From NCBI RefSeq assembly GCF_947497935.1, contig NZ_CANMIO010000017.1, positions 14,561 to 78,560 of the forward strand: DNA of 64,000 nucleotides, given 5' to 3'. A program made the translations under genes and the position numbers. This document shows, piece by piece, positions 27,131 through 37,341 of the stretch (the first letter of the stretch is position 1; the number at the start of each line of letters is the position of its first letter). The notes beneath the pieces were generated by a model that saw only the letters and a program-made list of their open reading frames with translations, searched no databases and had not been told where the DNA came from. This DNA is from an uncultured Shewanella sp. (GTDB lineage Bacteria; Pseudomonadota; Gammaproteobacteria; Enterobacterales; Shewanellaceae).

Positions 27131-29287
27131 ATGAAAATAGCCAAGCCAATTCCATTAATCTGCTCCCCGTTAATTCTCAGTGTATTGATTTCTATCAACG
27201 TCAGTGCATCGGACCCTTTTAGTGCATGTCCTACAGAAGCCTTTGTCATCCAAAAACAATCTAATACTCCAAAAAGCTACGGCGTTAACTTGGCTACGGG
27301 TAGCTATGTGGTTTTATCGGAAGATATGGGAACTGGAAACGGCTATAACGGCGTAGGTTTTAACTACCATGATAATTATCTCTACGGTTGGGATTACGCC
27401 AGTGCCTCACTCGGACGCACCGGTAATGACTATCAAATAACGGCACTGAGTGTCAGTAAAGATGCAGCTTCGGCTTCAGCAGGTAACTTCTTTGTGGGTG
27501 ATATCGCCATCAATGACAATGTTTGGTATGGCTATAGAAAAGGCAAGGGGCTATTTAAAATTCCGCTGGATGATCCCGACAGCTACAGCATGACACTGGT
27601 ACCAGGTAGCAGCAGCTTTGCCACCTACAATATCACCGACTTCGCCTTTCATCCCAGCGATGGCTACCTGTACAGTATCAGTAATGGCGCTTCTGGGGAT
27701 CTCTTACGAATCAACCCCGCCACGGGGGAAGCATTAAATCTAGGTACCGTCATTACATCAACTTCCGGCAACTTTACCTTCGGTGCACAGTTCTTCGACC
27801 CCGATGGTAATCTCTATGTCAGTAACAACAGTAATGGCTATATCTACAAACTCAATGTAAACGCCTCCTCACCTAGCCCCGTTTTATTCGCCTATGGCCC
27901 GGCCTCTTCGAGTAATGATGGCGCCCGCTGCGCGCTAGCCGAAGTCGTGCTCGGAGATGATGTCGACTTCGGTGATGCCCCCGACAGCTACGGCACCCTC
28001 CTAGCCTCTAACGGCGCGAGACACACAATGAGTGATGACTTGTATCTAGGTGCCAGCGTTGATAATGAGTCCAACGGTTATCCATCACCATTGAGTGATG
28101 ACAGTAGCGATAATTCCGATGATGAAGATGGTGTATCTATGCCGACGGGATTTGAGTTAGGAGAAAGCGCAATTTTACTGGTTACCGCTAAAGGAAGTGA
28201 AGGTTACCTAAATGCTTGGTTCGACTGGGACAGAGACGGCAGTTTTAGCGCCGACGAACAGGCTATTGTGGGTGAAAGTCTCGTTGATGGTCAAAATAGC
28301 ATTAGTATTGATGTGCCTAGCTGGGCTAGAGCGGGCTCAACATGGGCACGTTTTCGCCTCAGTACTCAGCAAGTCATTAACCCGACGGGGGGCGTCGGTG
28401 ATGGAGAGGTCGAAGATTATGCCGTAACCCTAACGGAAACTGGCGTAACCATTAATTACTATCCCTCCTCTTCCACTTACACGACTCTCGCCTTTGAAGA
28501 TCTCTACCCAGATCAAGGTGACTTTGATATGAATGATGTAGTGATTCAATTGCGTCTTATCGAATATGTCAAAAATAACCAGGTCAGACGTATCGGCTTT
28601 GAGGCGCAATTAGCCGCTATGGGCGCCGCTTACCATAATGGCTTTGCCATTCACTTACCCGGTGTCGACCGCAGCAAGATAAAAGAGTCTGTTATCAGCT
28701 GGTCAATTGATGGCGTAGCTCAAACAGACTCCCCCCTAGAAACCGGGCAATCTAATGCCGTCTTAGTCTTCACCCAAGACTTAAAGCAGTACGTGACACT
28801 CGAGCAAGGTTGTCTATACCTTAGAACCGAGACAGGCTGTGATACAGCCTATCGAACCTCTTGGTCATTTGAGATCCCGTTTGAAAGCCCTGTGGATGAG
28901 AACCTCGTTCCCCCATTCCCCTATGACCCATTTATTTTCGCCACACCGAATACTGATCATGGCTTAGCTGCTAAAAATGTAGTCGGTGAAAATCCAGGTC
29001 GACAGTTAGAGATCCACCTTAAGAACCAGACTCCAACCGATAAGTTCTCAACTAATTATTTTGGTGCTCGAGATGATGCCTCGGATCCAAGCGCCCAGCA
29101 ATACTTCCAAGATGAAAACGGCATGGCCTGGGCTATCGAGATCCCTGTTACTTGGAAACACCCAAAAGAGAATGAACGCCTAGATGATGTCTACACAGAT
29201 TTCGTCGATTTTGCTGCCGATCCCACAGGAAACACCAAGCCAACATGGTACGAAAATGCCAATGAATCATTGATTTTTAGCCATTAA
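27131..29287 (+). CDS. Secreted LruC/DUF4842-domain protein with GEVED domain and N-terminal repeat (propeller-like) region
   Basis: Signal peptide; DFGDAPDSYGT; GEVEDY; TLAFEDLYP..GDFDMND; YDPFIF; EIHL. Confidence 0.85.
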   Translation: MKIAKPIPLICSPLILSVLISINVSASDPFSACPTEAFVIQKQSNTPKSYGVNLATGSYVVLSEDMGTGNGYNGVGFNYHDNYLYGWDYASASLGRTGNDYQITALSVSKDAASASAGNFFVGDIAINDNVWYGYRKGKGLFKIPLDDPDSYSMTLVPGSSSFATYNITDFAFHPSDGYLYSISNGASGDLLRINPATGEALNLGTVITSTSGNFTFGAQFFDPDGNLYVSNNSNGYIYKLNVNASSPSPVLFAYGPASSSNDGARCALAEVVLGDDVDFGDAPDSYGTLLASNGARHTMSDDLYLGASVDNESNGYPSPLSDDSSDNSDDEDGVSMPTGFELGESAILLVTAKGSEGYLNAWFDWDRDGSFSADEQAIVGESLVDGQNSISIDVPSWARAGSTWARFRLSTQQVINPTGGVGDGEVEDYAVTLTETGVTINYYPSSSTYTTLAFEDLYPDQGDFDMNDVVIQLRLIEYVKNNQVRRIGFEAQLAAMGAAYHNGFAIHLPGVDRSKIKESVISWSIDGVAQTDSPLETGQSNAVLVFTQDLKQYVTLEQGCLYLRTETGCDTAYRTSWSFEIPFESPVDENLVPPFPYDPFIFATPNTDHGLAAKNVVGENPGRQLEIHLKNQTPTDKFSTNYFGARDDASDPSAQQYFQDENGMAWAIEIPVTWKHPKENERLDDVYTDFVDFAADPTGNTKPTWYENANESLIFSH

Positions 29288-29826
29288 TGGAGAGCGTTAT
29301 GAAAAATCAAAATGAGAAATCCATTAACAATCACTTAGTCCTATTATTCATTATGGCGGCATTCGTTAGCGCCTGTGGTGGCGGTGGCGATGATGCACCA
29401 GACACTCCGGCTGCTATAGAAACAGCTACAAACACAACATCGACTGATACTACAACGACAACGGATGATCCAACTCCTGACCCCGCTCCAGAGCCAACGT
29501 CATTGGACGATCTAGTGGTCGATGCCGATAACAAGCTTGAGTCAGCGTATATGCTAACCATTAATGTGGATAGGAACAGTACTCAGAGGGGGTACTTCTC
29601 ACTGTGTGATGACTACCAAGCACAAGGTGACGGTTACTCGGTAAACTTCGATTCTTGCCTATTTAGGGGGCCGTTAACTCAAGGCAAGCTCAGTAAAGAG
29701 GTCAAAGTCGCCAATCATGAGAGTCAACTGATTGCGGTTATTTGGTTTTATAAAGGCCAAGCGCCACAATTTCTGGAGTGGCGATATTTGCAAGATGCGG
29801 ATCCACAAGTACTCACTATGAATTAA
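29287..29826 (+). CDS. Hypothetical lipoprotein with Thr/Pro-rich linker
   Basis: Lipobox VSAC, GGGG, T-rich linker; coupled to the LruC gene; likely start at 29299. Confidence 0.8.
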   Translation: MESVMKNQNEKSINNHLVLLFIMAAFVSACGGGGDDAPDTPAAIETATNTTSTDTTTTTDDPTPDPAPEPTSLDDLVVDADNKLESAYMLTINVDRNSTQRGYFSLCDDYQAQGDGYSVNFDSCLFRGPLTQGKLSKEVKVANHESQLIAVIWFYKGQAPQFLEWRYLQDADPQVLTMN

Positions 29827-30014
29827 CCTTGTCTTAAGCCACCTAAGGTTTATTTAGATTTTGCTGCGAATCATTCTCCATTGGATCGCAGCATTTTTAT
29901 TTAAATAATTTAATAATAAAACGCAAATTATTGTTCTCCTTTTGTTCTTCAACCAACCCATTGGTATCGATTTAATCACTACAGTAAACTTTTCTAACCT
30001 TAGCTACGTACTCA

Positions 30015-30713
30015 ATGAACATGATTACAATGAAGATGAACAATGCTAAAAACAATCAGAGATTAAGGTTTGCAGCAGCTGAACGTTTACATAAAGCATG
30101 CAAAAAGATTTCGAGACTTTTCTTTTCGGCGAGCACACATACTTTAATCATGACCCTAACTATGGGCTTAACTTTAGGCTTAACTATGACCGCAAGTTAT
30201 CAAGCTAACGCAGAAGAAGTCATCAGTTTCGATGTAATAACTCCTTCCATATGGCGGACCGTTAACGACACTGTGATGGGCGGGATCTCGCAAAGCACTG
30301 TAAAAACCAATGCCAATAGCGCGATCTTTTCTGGCGAGTTATCATTAGAGCGAAACGGCGGTTTTGCATCAACCCGAACTGAAATGACTCAAGCAGTCCC
30401 ATCAACTCACAATTTAATACGTATTGCAGTTAAAGGTGACGGCAGGCAATACCAATTAAGAATACGAACAGACGAGCAATGGGATTCTTATGCCTATTCA
30501 AAGCCTTTCAATACTGAGAACAACCAATGGTTACAGCTAGTGTTTAAAGCTGAAGATTTTACGCCGGTATACCGAGGCCGCGAGGTTGACGCACCAGCGC
30601 TCAGTTTTAGCCAAATTAAACAAATTGGATTTCTACTTGCCGATAAGCAACCCGGTCCATTTGAGCTGGCTTTTAAAAATATCGATTTTATCGTTAGTGC
30701 GTCCGAGCAGTAA
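30015..30713 (+). CDS. CIA30 family protein
   Basis: WRTVNDTVMGGIS, NGGFAS, VKGDGRQY, ADKQPGPFEL. Confidence 0.92.
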   Translation: MNMITMKMNNAKNNQRLRFAAAERLHKACKKISRLFFSASTHTLIMTLTMGLTLGLTMTASYQANAEEVISFDVITPSIWRTVNDTVMGGISQSTVKTNANSAIFSGELSLERNGGFASTRTEMTQAVPSTHNLIRIAVKGDGRQYQLRIRTDEQWDSYAYSKPFNTENNQWLQLVFKAEDFTPVYRGREVDAPALSFSQIKQIGFLLADKQPGPFELAFKNIDFIVSASEQ

Positions 30714-30758
30714 CATCAACAAATCAACAATAGCAACAATAGCAACAGGTCATCCCAA

Positions 30759-31394
30759 TTGAGCATAACGGTAAACCGACATTTCGATTTTAGTCAGATC
30801 CACGGGGTTATCTTTGATTTAGATGGCACTCTAGCTGATTCAAATCCTGATTTTACAGGCTTAAGAGCAGAGCTTGGTATTGAGGCATCCACAGATATTC
30901 TAGGTTATGTTAATTCAATTACTGAGCCTGAGTATGCGCTTAAAACTCAAGCTGTCATAAAGCGTTATGAACTTGATAGCTCACACAGTGCTACTTGGAT
31001 CGACGGTGCTCAGCAGCTAATTGCTTTTTTAAAGCAGAGGCAAATCCCTCAAGCCATACTGACTCGTAATATGCCCGAGGCAGCTAATATCACCCTAAAT
31101 AACTTAGGATTAGAAATAGGCTCTGATATAGAGGTATTACTCACCCGCTTTGACGCTAAAGCTAAACCACACCCTGAAGGCGTTGAACTGATTTGTGCAA
31201 AGTGGCAAATCAAACCCGCAAATATTTTATTTGTTGGTGATTATCTATTTGATCTTCAAACCGCCAATAATGCTGGCACAAGAAGTATCCTTTATACGCC
31301 AAGCCTAATCCCTGACTACGCCAACCAAGCCGATATTGTTTGCAGTTGCTACTTAACACTTATTGACTATTTTCGCTCTCAACTGCAAACATAA
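30759..31394 (+). CDS. HAD superfamily hydrolase
   Basis: FDLDGTL, KPHP, VGDYLFD. Confidence 0.93.
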   Translation: MSITVNRHFDFSQIHGVIFDLDGTLADSNPDFTGLRAELGIEASTDILGYVNSITEPEYALKTQAVIKRYELDSSHSATWIDGAQQLIAFLKQRQIPQAILTRNMPEAANITLNNLGLEIGSDIEVLLTRFDAKAKPHPEGVELICAKWQIKPANILFVGDYLFDLQTANNAGTRSILYTPSLIPDYANQADIVCSCYLTLIDYFRSQLQT

Positions 31395-31625
31395 GCCCAA
31401 GCAGAATTCGCAAGCTTAAGTCAGTTAAGGTTCAACATATTTAGTACTTTCTAACGGCTATTATCACAAGAGCAAATGTGAGAACGCCCACAACTTCACC
31501 AACATTAATTAAGCAAACCTCGCCTTGCAACTAAGGAGTTGCTAAATTACATTAAAAGTTTGTATTGTTGCATTTAACACTGCAAACGCCCCTATTAACG
31601 ATAGCTTTAGAAAATGGAGAATTTG

Positions 31626-31667
31626 ATGATTGTAGTAAACCCTAACTGGGCAGCTGCAGCACTTTAA
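31626..31667 (+). CDS. Candidate leader peptide MIVVNPNWAAAAL (in-frame upstream ATG at 31614)
   Basis: GGAGA RBS at 31616-31620; lies in the rsgA 5' region and is followed by hairpins. Confidence 0.5.
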   Translation: MIVVNPNWAAAAL

Positions 31668-31874
31668 GTACCCTCTCTTGTTAAAAAACAAGAGTCAGTA
31701 TTAGGCATGTTTACCATGCAAGTCACATGAGCGAGTTAGTATGATATTTTTCATACTTACCTATTGTGCTGACTTTTTAAAGCGCTTTGCCCGGTAACTA
31801 TTTCTAAGTACCGGGGTCTTATCGAATCAAGTCCCCCCAGAATCAATATTCAGGCGCTTTGCGCTGGGGTTTAT

Positions 31875-33065
31875 ATGACAAAATCAAATCGTTTTAACCA
31901 CCTAAAATCCAGTAGATTTTCACGTACCACGTCTTCAGCTAGTACTTGCTCATCGAGTACATCGTCAGCGAACAGCTCTGCTACGGGTGTAGAAAACCCT
32001 ACTGATGTATCCACGCCACTAGAAAATGGCTCTTTATATAGCTTAAAGCAACTTGGCTGGAATCCGTTTTTTCAGCAACAGCTGCTAATTGAAACTAAGC
32101 AGTACGCGACTGTAGCAAGAGTATGTGCTCATCACCGTAGCCAGTATCAATTACTCACTGAAAACGGAGAGTCGACACTGGCAATCCATCAAAACATGCC
32201 AGAGATGACGGTCGGAGACTGGTTACTGTTAGACAGTCAGCAGCATTTTGTCTGTGTACTGGAGCGCAGCGCATTGTTTAGTAGAAAGGCTGCAGGCTCT
32301 AAGGTTGAGCAGCAACTTATCGCAGCGAACCTTGACTGGGTATTTATCGTATCGTCATTAAATGATGACTTTAATATCAACCGAATCGAACGCTACTTGG
32401 CACTGGTGCACGAGGCAAAAGTCACGCCGGTTATCGTGCTGACAAAAGTCGATTTATGTGATGATCTTACGCCCTATATAGCAGCATTAAGAGAATTAGA
32501 TTCGAGTCTATTAATCGAAACCGTTAACGGTCTCGACGAGAAAAGCACTCAGGCACTCTCGAGTTATTGCGCTGACGGTAAAACCGTGGCTTTTATCGGT
32601 TCTTCTGGTGTGGGGAAGTCCACTCTCGTCAACGCACTATTAGGCGACAGCAGCCAGTTAACTTCGGGAGTTCGCCAAGATGATAGTAAGGGACGACATA
32701 CCACCACTAGCCGTTCACTGCATTTAACTCACTGCGGCGGGCTATTGTTAGACACTCCTGGCATGCGCGAGCTTCAACTGGTCGATTGCGAAGAGGGACT
32801 CAAGGAGACCTTTGCCGATCTTGTTGAATACGCGCAGCAATGCCGTTTTATCGACTGTCAGCATGAGCAAGAACCCGGCTGCGCCGTTCAGGGGGCAATT
32901 GAAAGTGGTCAGCTAACTGAGCGTCGGTTACAAAGCTACCAAAAGCTAATGCGAGAACAGGCGTTAAACGGCGCCAGTATTGCCGAAAAACGAGCAAAGG
33001 ATAGAAACTTAAGCAAGATGTACAAACGAGTCCAAGGTGAGGCTCGAGTACATAAACGAGGTTAA
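31875..33065 (+). CDS. rsgA: Ribosome small subunit-dependent GTPase A, probably a paralogue
   Basis: Circularly permuted GTPase: TKVD, GSSGVGKST, GRHTT, DTPG; CRFIDCQHEQEPGC zinc finger. Confidence 0.95.
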   Translation: MTKSNRFNHLKSSRFSRTTSSASTCSSSTSSANSSATGVENPTDVSTPLENGSLYSLKQLGWNPFFQQQLLIETKQYATVARVCAHHRSQYQLLTENGESTLAIHQNMPEMTVGDWLLLDSQQHFVCVLERSALFSRKAAGSKVEQQLIAANLDWVFIVSSLNDDFNINRIERYLALVHEAKVTPVIVLTKVDLCDDLTPYIAALRELDSSLLIETVNGLDEKSTQALSSYCADGKTVAFIGSSGVGKSTLVNALLGDSSQLTSGVRQDDSKGRHTTTSRSLHLTHCGGLLLDTPGMRELQLVDCEEGLKETFADLVEYAQQCRFIDCQHEQEPGCAVQGAIESGQLTERRLQSYQKLMREQALNGASIAEKRAKDRNLSKMYKRVQGEARVHKRG

Positions 33066-33368
33066 TAGGCCTAAAACCTAATAACAGGTGTACTTAAACA
33101 ACCAAATTTTTCTATTGATTGGTATTAAACCAAACACAAACAAGGGCGATATCGCCCTTGTTTTATTTTTAATTCTCAATAATTAAACTGCTCTAATACT
33201 AATTCGTATTGGAAGTCAGCCCCCTCTCTTTTACTGACTCAATTAACCCCTGCTCACCATTGTAATAACGTCATATCACTAAAAATAATTTCATTCGAGC
33301 GTACACGCGTAAGCTTATGAAATTTGTAGCGTAAATAATCAAAACTAAACAGAACCTTAGTCAAAATC

Positions 33369-33382
33369 CAAACAAGCGTTTA
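33369..33382. promoter_or_regulatory. Candidate PsrA-type site upstream of fadE
   Basis: CAAAC-N4-GTTTA versus the C/GAAAC-N2-4-GTTTG/C pattern. Confidence 0.4.
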
Positions 33383-33441
33383 AATTTATCGTTTGAAAAT
33401 TTGATCTATGACTCGTTTTATGACGTAATGTGAAGCATAAC

Positions 33442-33458
33442 TTCTGGTCGGACGAGCA
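33442..33458 (+). promoter_or_regulatory. Candidate FadR operator
   Basis: TTCTGGTCGGACGAGCA versus consensus AACTGGTCnGACCAGTT, directly before fadE. Confidence 0.7.
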
Positions 33459-33464
33459 TATAAT

Positions 33465-35702
33465 ATGAGCATAAGAACACAACTAAAAAAAATATTGCCA
33501 AGCATTTCTACCACAGAACAAGAAGCACTCGATGCCGGTGATGTGTGGTTAGAAGGTTCGATTTATCAAGGTGTACCTGACTTTGCAGCCCTACGTGATA
33601 TCCCCGTTGCAACGCTATCGAACGACGAACAGGCATTCCTAGATGGTCCCGTGGCGACCTTACTAGAGATGGTGGATGACTTTGAGATCCAGCGCAGCAC
33701 CCACCTTCCCGAAAACATTCTTAACTTCCTAAAAGAAAATAAATTTTTCTCACTGATTATTCCAAAATCTTTCGGCGGTCTCGAGTTTAGTCCCTATGCA
33801 AACTCGACGATTGTGGCGACCATTGCCGCTAAAAGTTCGGCGGTTGCGGTCACAGTGATGGTGCCAAACTCTCTCGGTCCAGGTGAATTATTGATGCACT
33901 ACGGCACCTCTGAGCAGCAAGATTACTGGTTACCTCGCCTAGCTAACGGTCAAGAGATCCCTTGTTTTGCACTCACTAGCCCTGAGGCGGGTTCAGATGC
34001 CGGCGGGATCCCGGATATCGGTACTGTAACCATGGGTGAATACCAAGGTGAACAAGTATTGGGCATGAGCGTAACTTGGGATAAGCGTTATATCACCCTA
34101 GCACCAATCGCCAGCGTATTAGGTTTAGCCTTTAAAGTAGAAGATCCAAACGGCCTATTGGGCGACAAAGAACAGCTAGGCATTACCTGTGCGCTTATTC
34201 CTAGGTCACACCCTGGCGTGCAACTAGGTAATCGCCATGATCCTATGGGCATTCGCTTTTACAACGGTACGACCCGTGGCGAAAATGTGTTCATCCCGAT
34301 GGACTTCATCATAGGTGGCCAAAAGAATATTGGCCGCGGCTGGGCAATGCTGGTTGCCTGTCTTGGTGCAGGACGCGGTATTTCACTGCCAGCCCTTGGC
34401 GTGTCAGTGAGTCAGGCCTCATTTAAGTCTTCTGCTGAGTACGCTGCAGTGCGTGAGCAGTTTGGCCTATCGATTGGAAAGTTTGAGGGTATTCAAGAAA
34501 AGCTTGCTGATATTGCCGGTAAAACCTACCTGCAAGAAGCGATGCGTGTACTCACCACTGAGGGGCTAGGATTAGGCTTAAAACCATCTGTTGTCACCGC
34601 AATCGCCAAGTATCACATGACAGAGCTTGGCCGAGATGTGCTCGACTCGGCAATGGATATCCAAGCGGGTAAGGCGATTCAATGCGGCCCACAAAACACC
34701 TTAGCCTCAGGCTATGTGGCGCAACCGATTGCGATCACCGTAGAAGGCGCGAACATCTTGACCCGTAACCTGATGATTTTCGGTCAAGGCGTCATGCGTT
34801 GTCACCCATATCTACAGACTATGGTGGAGTCAATCCACTCAAACGAAAAAGGCGCTGACAAAGAGTTTAATGGCATCTTACGTAAAACTGTTAGTTACAG
34901 TGTCGGCAATAGCCTCCGCGCTTTTAAGCTTGGATTACTGCCTTTCACTGCTTCAGCAGACTCAACCCTTGCTGAAGTCAAACCTTACGAGCAATCGGTG
35001 CATAAGCTCGCCTCTAAGCTAGCGGTATATGCAGACTTCTCGTTACTGGTATTAGGTGGCAAGCTCAAGCAGGCAGAAATGCTGTCAGCGCGCCTAGGTG
35101 ATGTGATGAGCTATCTGTACGCTGCTATGGCATCTATTCGTTATTACGAGAAGAAGCTAACCGCTGTCGAGCGACAAGAAGCGGCGCCCTATTTCCATTA
35201 CGCAACGCGCTGGTCACTGTGTCAGGCAGAAAAAGCACTATTAGACTTCTTAGATAACTTCCCATCTTCAGCGACACGTAAGTTTATGCGTTTAATCACG
35301 GTTACTTACTCGGCTAAGATGCCAAAAATTAATGACAACTTGATACGCGAACTGGCTGAGCAAGCTCAGCTTAATACCGAGTTTAAGAAGAACCTGACGC
35401 ACCTAGTTAAGCCTATAGCAGGTGACGGTAACGACATTAATGAGCAAGCTTACCTTGCTAAAATCGAGTGTTTACCGCTACTGGCCAAAGTTAAAAAGGC
35501 GATTCGCGCCAAGACATTTAAGCCTGGTGTCAGATTCGCATTGACCTTAAATGCCGCACTTGAGGCTAAGGTGATCAGCGAAGCTGAGCATAAGCTACTG
35601 CAAGATTACAATCTTAAGCGTGAGCGTGCTATTCGTGTCGATGAGTTCGATTTTGATATGAATTTAATCAGCGACAAGCCAGACTTAAAGATCGCTAACT
35701 AA
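33465..35702 (+). CDS. fadE: Acyl-CoA dehydrogenase (FadE type)
   Basis: TEQEALDAG, PNSLGPGELL, CFALTSPEAGSDA, ITVEGANILTR. Confidence 0.95.
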   Translation: MSIRTQLKKILPSISTTEQEALDAGDVWLEGSIYQGVPDFAALRDIPVATLSNDEQAFLDGPVATLLEMVDDFEIQRSTHLPENILNFLKENKFFSLIIPKSFGGLEFSPYANSTIVATIAAKSSAVAVTVMVPNSLGPGELLMHYGTSEQQDYWLPRLANGQEIPCFALTSPEAGSDAGGIPDIGTVTMGEYQGEQVLGMSVTWDKRYITLAPIASVLGLAFKVEDPNGLLGDKEQLGITCALIPRSHPGVQLGNRHDPMGIRFYNGTTRGENVFIPMDFIIGGQKNIGRGWAMLVACLGAGRGISLPALGVSVSQASFKSSAEYAAVREQFGLSIGKFEGIQEKLADIAGKTYLQEAMRVLTTEGLGLGLKPSVVTAIAKYHMTELGRDVLDSAMDIQAGKAIQCGPQNTLASGYVAQPIAITVEGANILTRNLMIFGQGVMRCHPYLQTMVESIHSNEKGADKEFNGILRKTVSYSVGNSLRAFKLGLLPFTASADSTLAEVKPYEQSVHKLASKLAVYADFSLLVLGGKLKQAEMLSARLGDVMSYLYAAMASIRYYEKKLTAVERQEAAPYFHYATRWSLCQAEKALLDFLDNFPSSATRKFMRLITVTYSAKMPKINDNLIRELAEQAQLNTEFKKNLTHLVKPIAGDGNDINEQAYLAKIECLPLLAKVKKAIRAKTFKPGVRFALTLNAALEAKVISEAEHKLLQDYNLKRERAIRVDEFDFDMNLISDKPDLKIAN

Positions 35703-35750
35703 TCGCTAACTGTGGATCAGCTGCTCAACATGCAGCTATAGACTGTCACT

Positions 35751-35776
35751 AAAAAGCCACCGCAAGGTGGTTTTTT
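35751..35776. terminator. Bidirectional-type terminator after fadE
   Basis: AAAAAGCCACC-GCAA-GGTGGTTTTTT. Confidence 0.85.
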
Positions 35777-35878
35777 AGCTTCGAAATAAGCTAAATAAAT
35801 TTCTTGTGGGGAAGGTGTTACCAAGTAGCGTGTTCGAACTGGCAGTTTCGTAGTTTTCAATCGCCTCCAGCGGGGTAT

Positions 35879-35968
35879 GTGCAGACACTGCTGCGAGACG
35901 CTGTGAATATGTCCCTATACGCTCTGCGGTTTCATCCCTGAAACCGAAGCCCGCAGCCGTATCTACAC
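35879..35968 (+). repeat. 90-bp foldback REP/MITE-like intergenic element, copy 1
   Basis: Ends GTGCAGAC.../...GTATCTACAC; internal hairpin GGTTTCATCCCTGAAACC; core 35920-35959 matches copy 2 inverted at 39/40. Confidence 0.8.
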
Positions 35969-36431
35969 GGGATAATTGGTGGAACCTTTTGGCTGTAGCT
36001 GTTCGGTTTCTAACTTGAAAATGCCCCAAAGTTAGCTAGGAAATAAGTTTGTTTACACCTGCTTATCAGCTTCGGCAATAATTAAGCTAATGAGAGGCGC
36101 AAAATTCAAGACTAGCGTCTGAGTTATCATATGGGCCGCAGCCTAGTGACTTTGTTCTTTATTCTTTAATAGCGTCTAGCTGCATCTGAAATTACTTAAC
36201 TCAATTGTTAACTATACCCTTATTGTGACTTATTCTCCTGAGTGAGCAATGCAATTTGAGCATTGATTGAGGTTCTTGGTTTCATTCAAAAACAGAAACT
36301 GGGGGAGAGATTCTTCTACATCATAACTCATTGTTAACAAATTGGTTTGCTGTTATTCTTGAGCCAATAAAGTACTGGCACCTGTTCTTATTAAGACCGT
36401 TCTTATTCTGAGTTCAAACTGATATACTTTT

Positions 36432-36773
36432 ATGCTTTTTATACATTTCGGAGGAAATTTGAGGCTATTCGTAACGAGTAAAGCAGGTAAAAAGATTTAC
36501 CTTCAAATGACAGCTCTTACTAAAAGAGAGCTCATGAATAAAATTGGCGGGCATAAATTTACTCTCGAGGGCAAGTTGTACACTGTTAGTAACGTAAAAG
36601 CTGAACCATCGAATGAGAATGCTGCCGTTTCAATGGTCATTGGCGGAGCCATAGGTCTTCTTGGTGGAGTGGCTGGTGTTCTAGCTGGAGGAGTTCTTGG
36701 CGGATTCTTTGGAAACGAAAAAGATAAGAAGGATATTCTTATGGTTGAGCGTTTCAATGGGAGTAAGTCGTGA
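36432..36773 (+). CDS. Hypothetical protein with glycine-zipper-like hydrophobic segment (cassette ORF)
   Basis: VIGGAIGLLGGVAGVLAGGVLGGFFG; likely TTG start at 36459 after GGAGG. Confidence 0.65.
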   Translation: MLFIHFGGNLRLFVTSKAGKKIYLQMTALTKRELMNKIGGHKFTLEGKLYTVSNVKAEPSNENAAVSMVIGGAIGLLGGVAGVLAGGVLGGFFGNEKDKKDILMVERFNGSKS

Positions 36774-37240
36774 ACATAAAGGTTTTAGGGGCAGCAAGTA
36801 TCCTTGCTGTAATTTGCTTCTTTTTTACAGCAAATCAAGATTCTGCAATGCAGTATATTCGGGAATTTTTAGAGTCTGGGTACCTGATGATAATTTGCTT
36901 GGTTTTTGTTGTAGTTTCTATTTTATGCCACGCTATTTTTGTTCCTGAATCAAACTTAGATGTTCCGATGTTCAAGAGTAATCAGATGTGGATTCTTGAG
37001 GTTATTGTGAATATTGCGACGTATGCGGCAGTAACATCAACAGCAATTACCCTATTGAAAGCTATCTATATTCAGAAGTTTTACGGTGACATACAGTATT
37101 TTCACCAATTTGAAAGTTATGATATTTATACGATGTTCGCGGTGAGCGGTGTACTTCTTTGGTTCTCGATGTTCAAGTGTTGGCAATTGTTTTACGAAGC
37201 ATTAAAAACAACAGAAAGTGCAAAAGTACAAAAAGCGTAA
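36770..37240 (+). CDS. Hypothetical multi-pass membrane protein (cassette ORF)
   Basis: About 3-4 hydrophobic segments; GTGA overlap with the previous ORF; stop codon lies inside the attC 1L site. Confidence 0.75.
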   Translation: MNIKVLGAASILAVICFFFTANQDSAMQYIREFLESGYLMIICLVFVVVSILCHAIFVPESNLDVPMFKSNQMWILEVIVNIATYAAVTSTAITLLKAIYIQKFYGDIQYFHQFESYDIYTMFAVSGVLLWFSMFKCWQLFYEALKTTESAKVQKA

Positions 37241-37328
37241 CAAGTTGCTCAATTGGGATAAAAACCTTCGGCACTTTTCGCTGCGCTTAAGTTAACCCAT
37301 TTTTTTGCTCATTAGCAAAGCGTTAGGC
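37235..37328 (+). other. Integron attC site (94 bp)
   Basis: GCGTAAC (1L) ... TTGCTCAAT / ATTAGCAA pairing with an extrahelical C ... GTTAGGC (1R). Confidence 0.85.
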
Positions 37329-37341
37329 CAAAAGGATAATT

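Noticed and set aside
31875-32030. Ser/Thr-rich N-terminal extension of RsgA as a separate domain
   Set aside because: Low complexity only; no evidence of function
35775-36029. 84-aa minus-strand ORF
   Set aside because: Runs through the foldback repeat; no RBS or protein features
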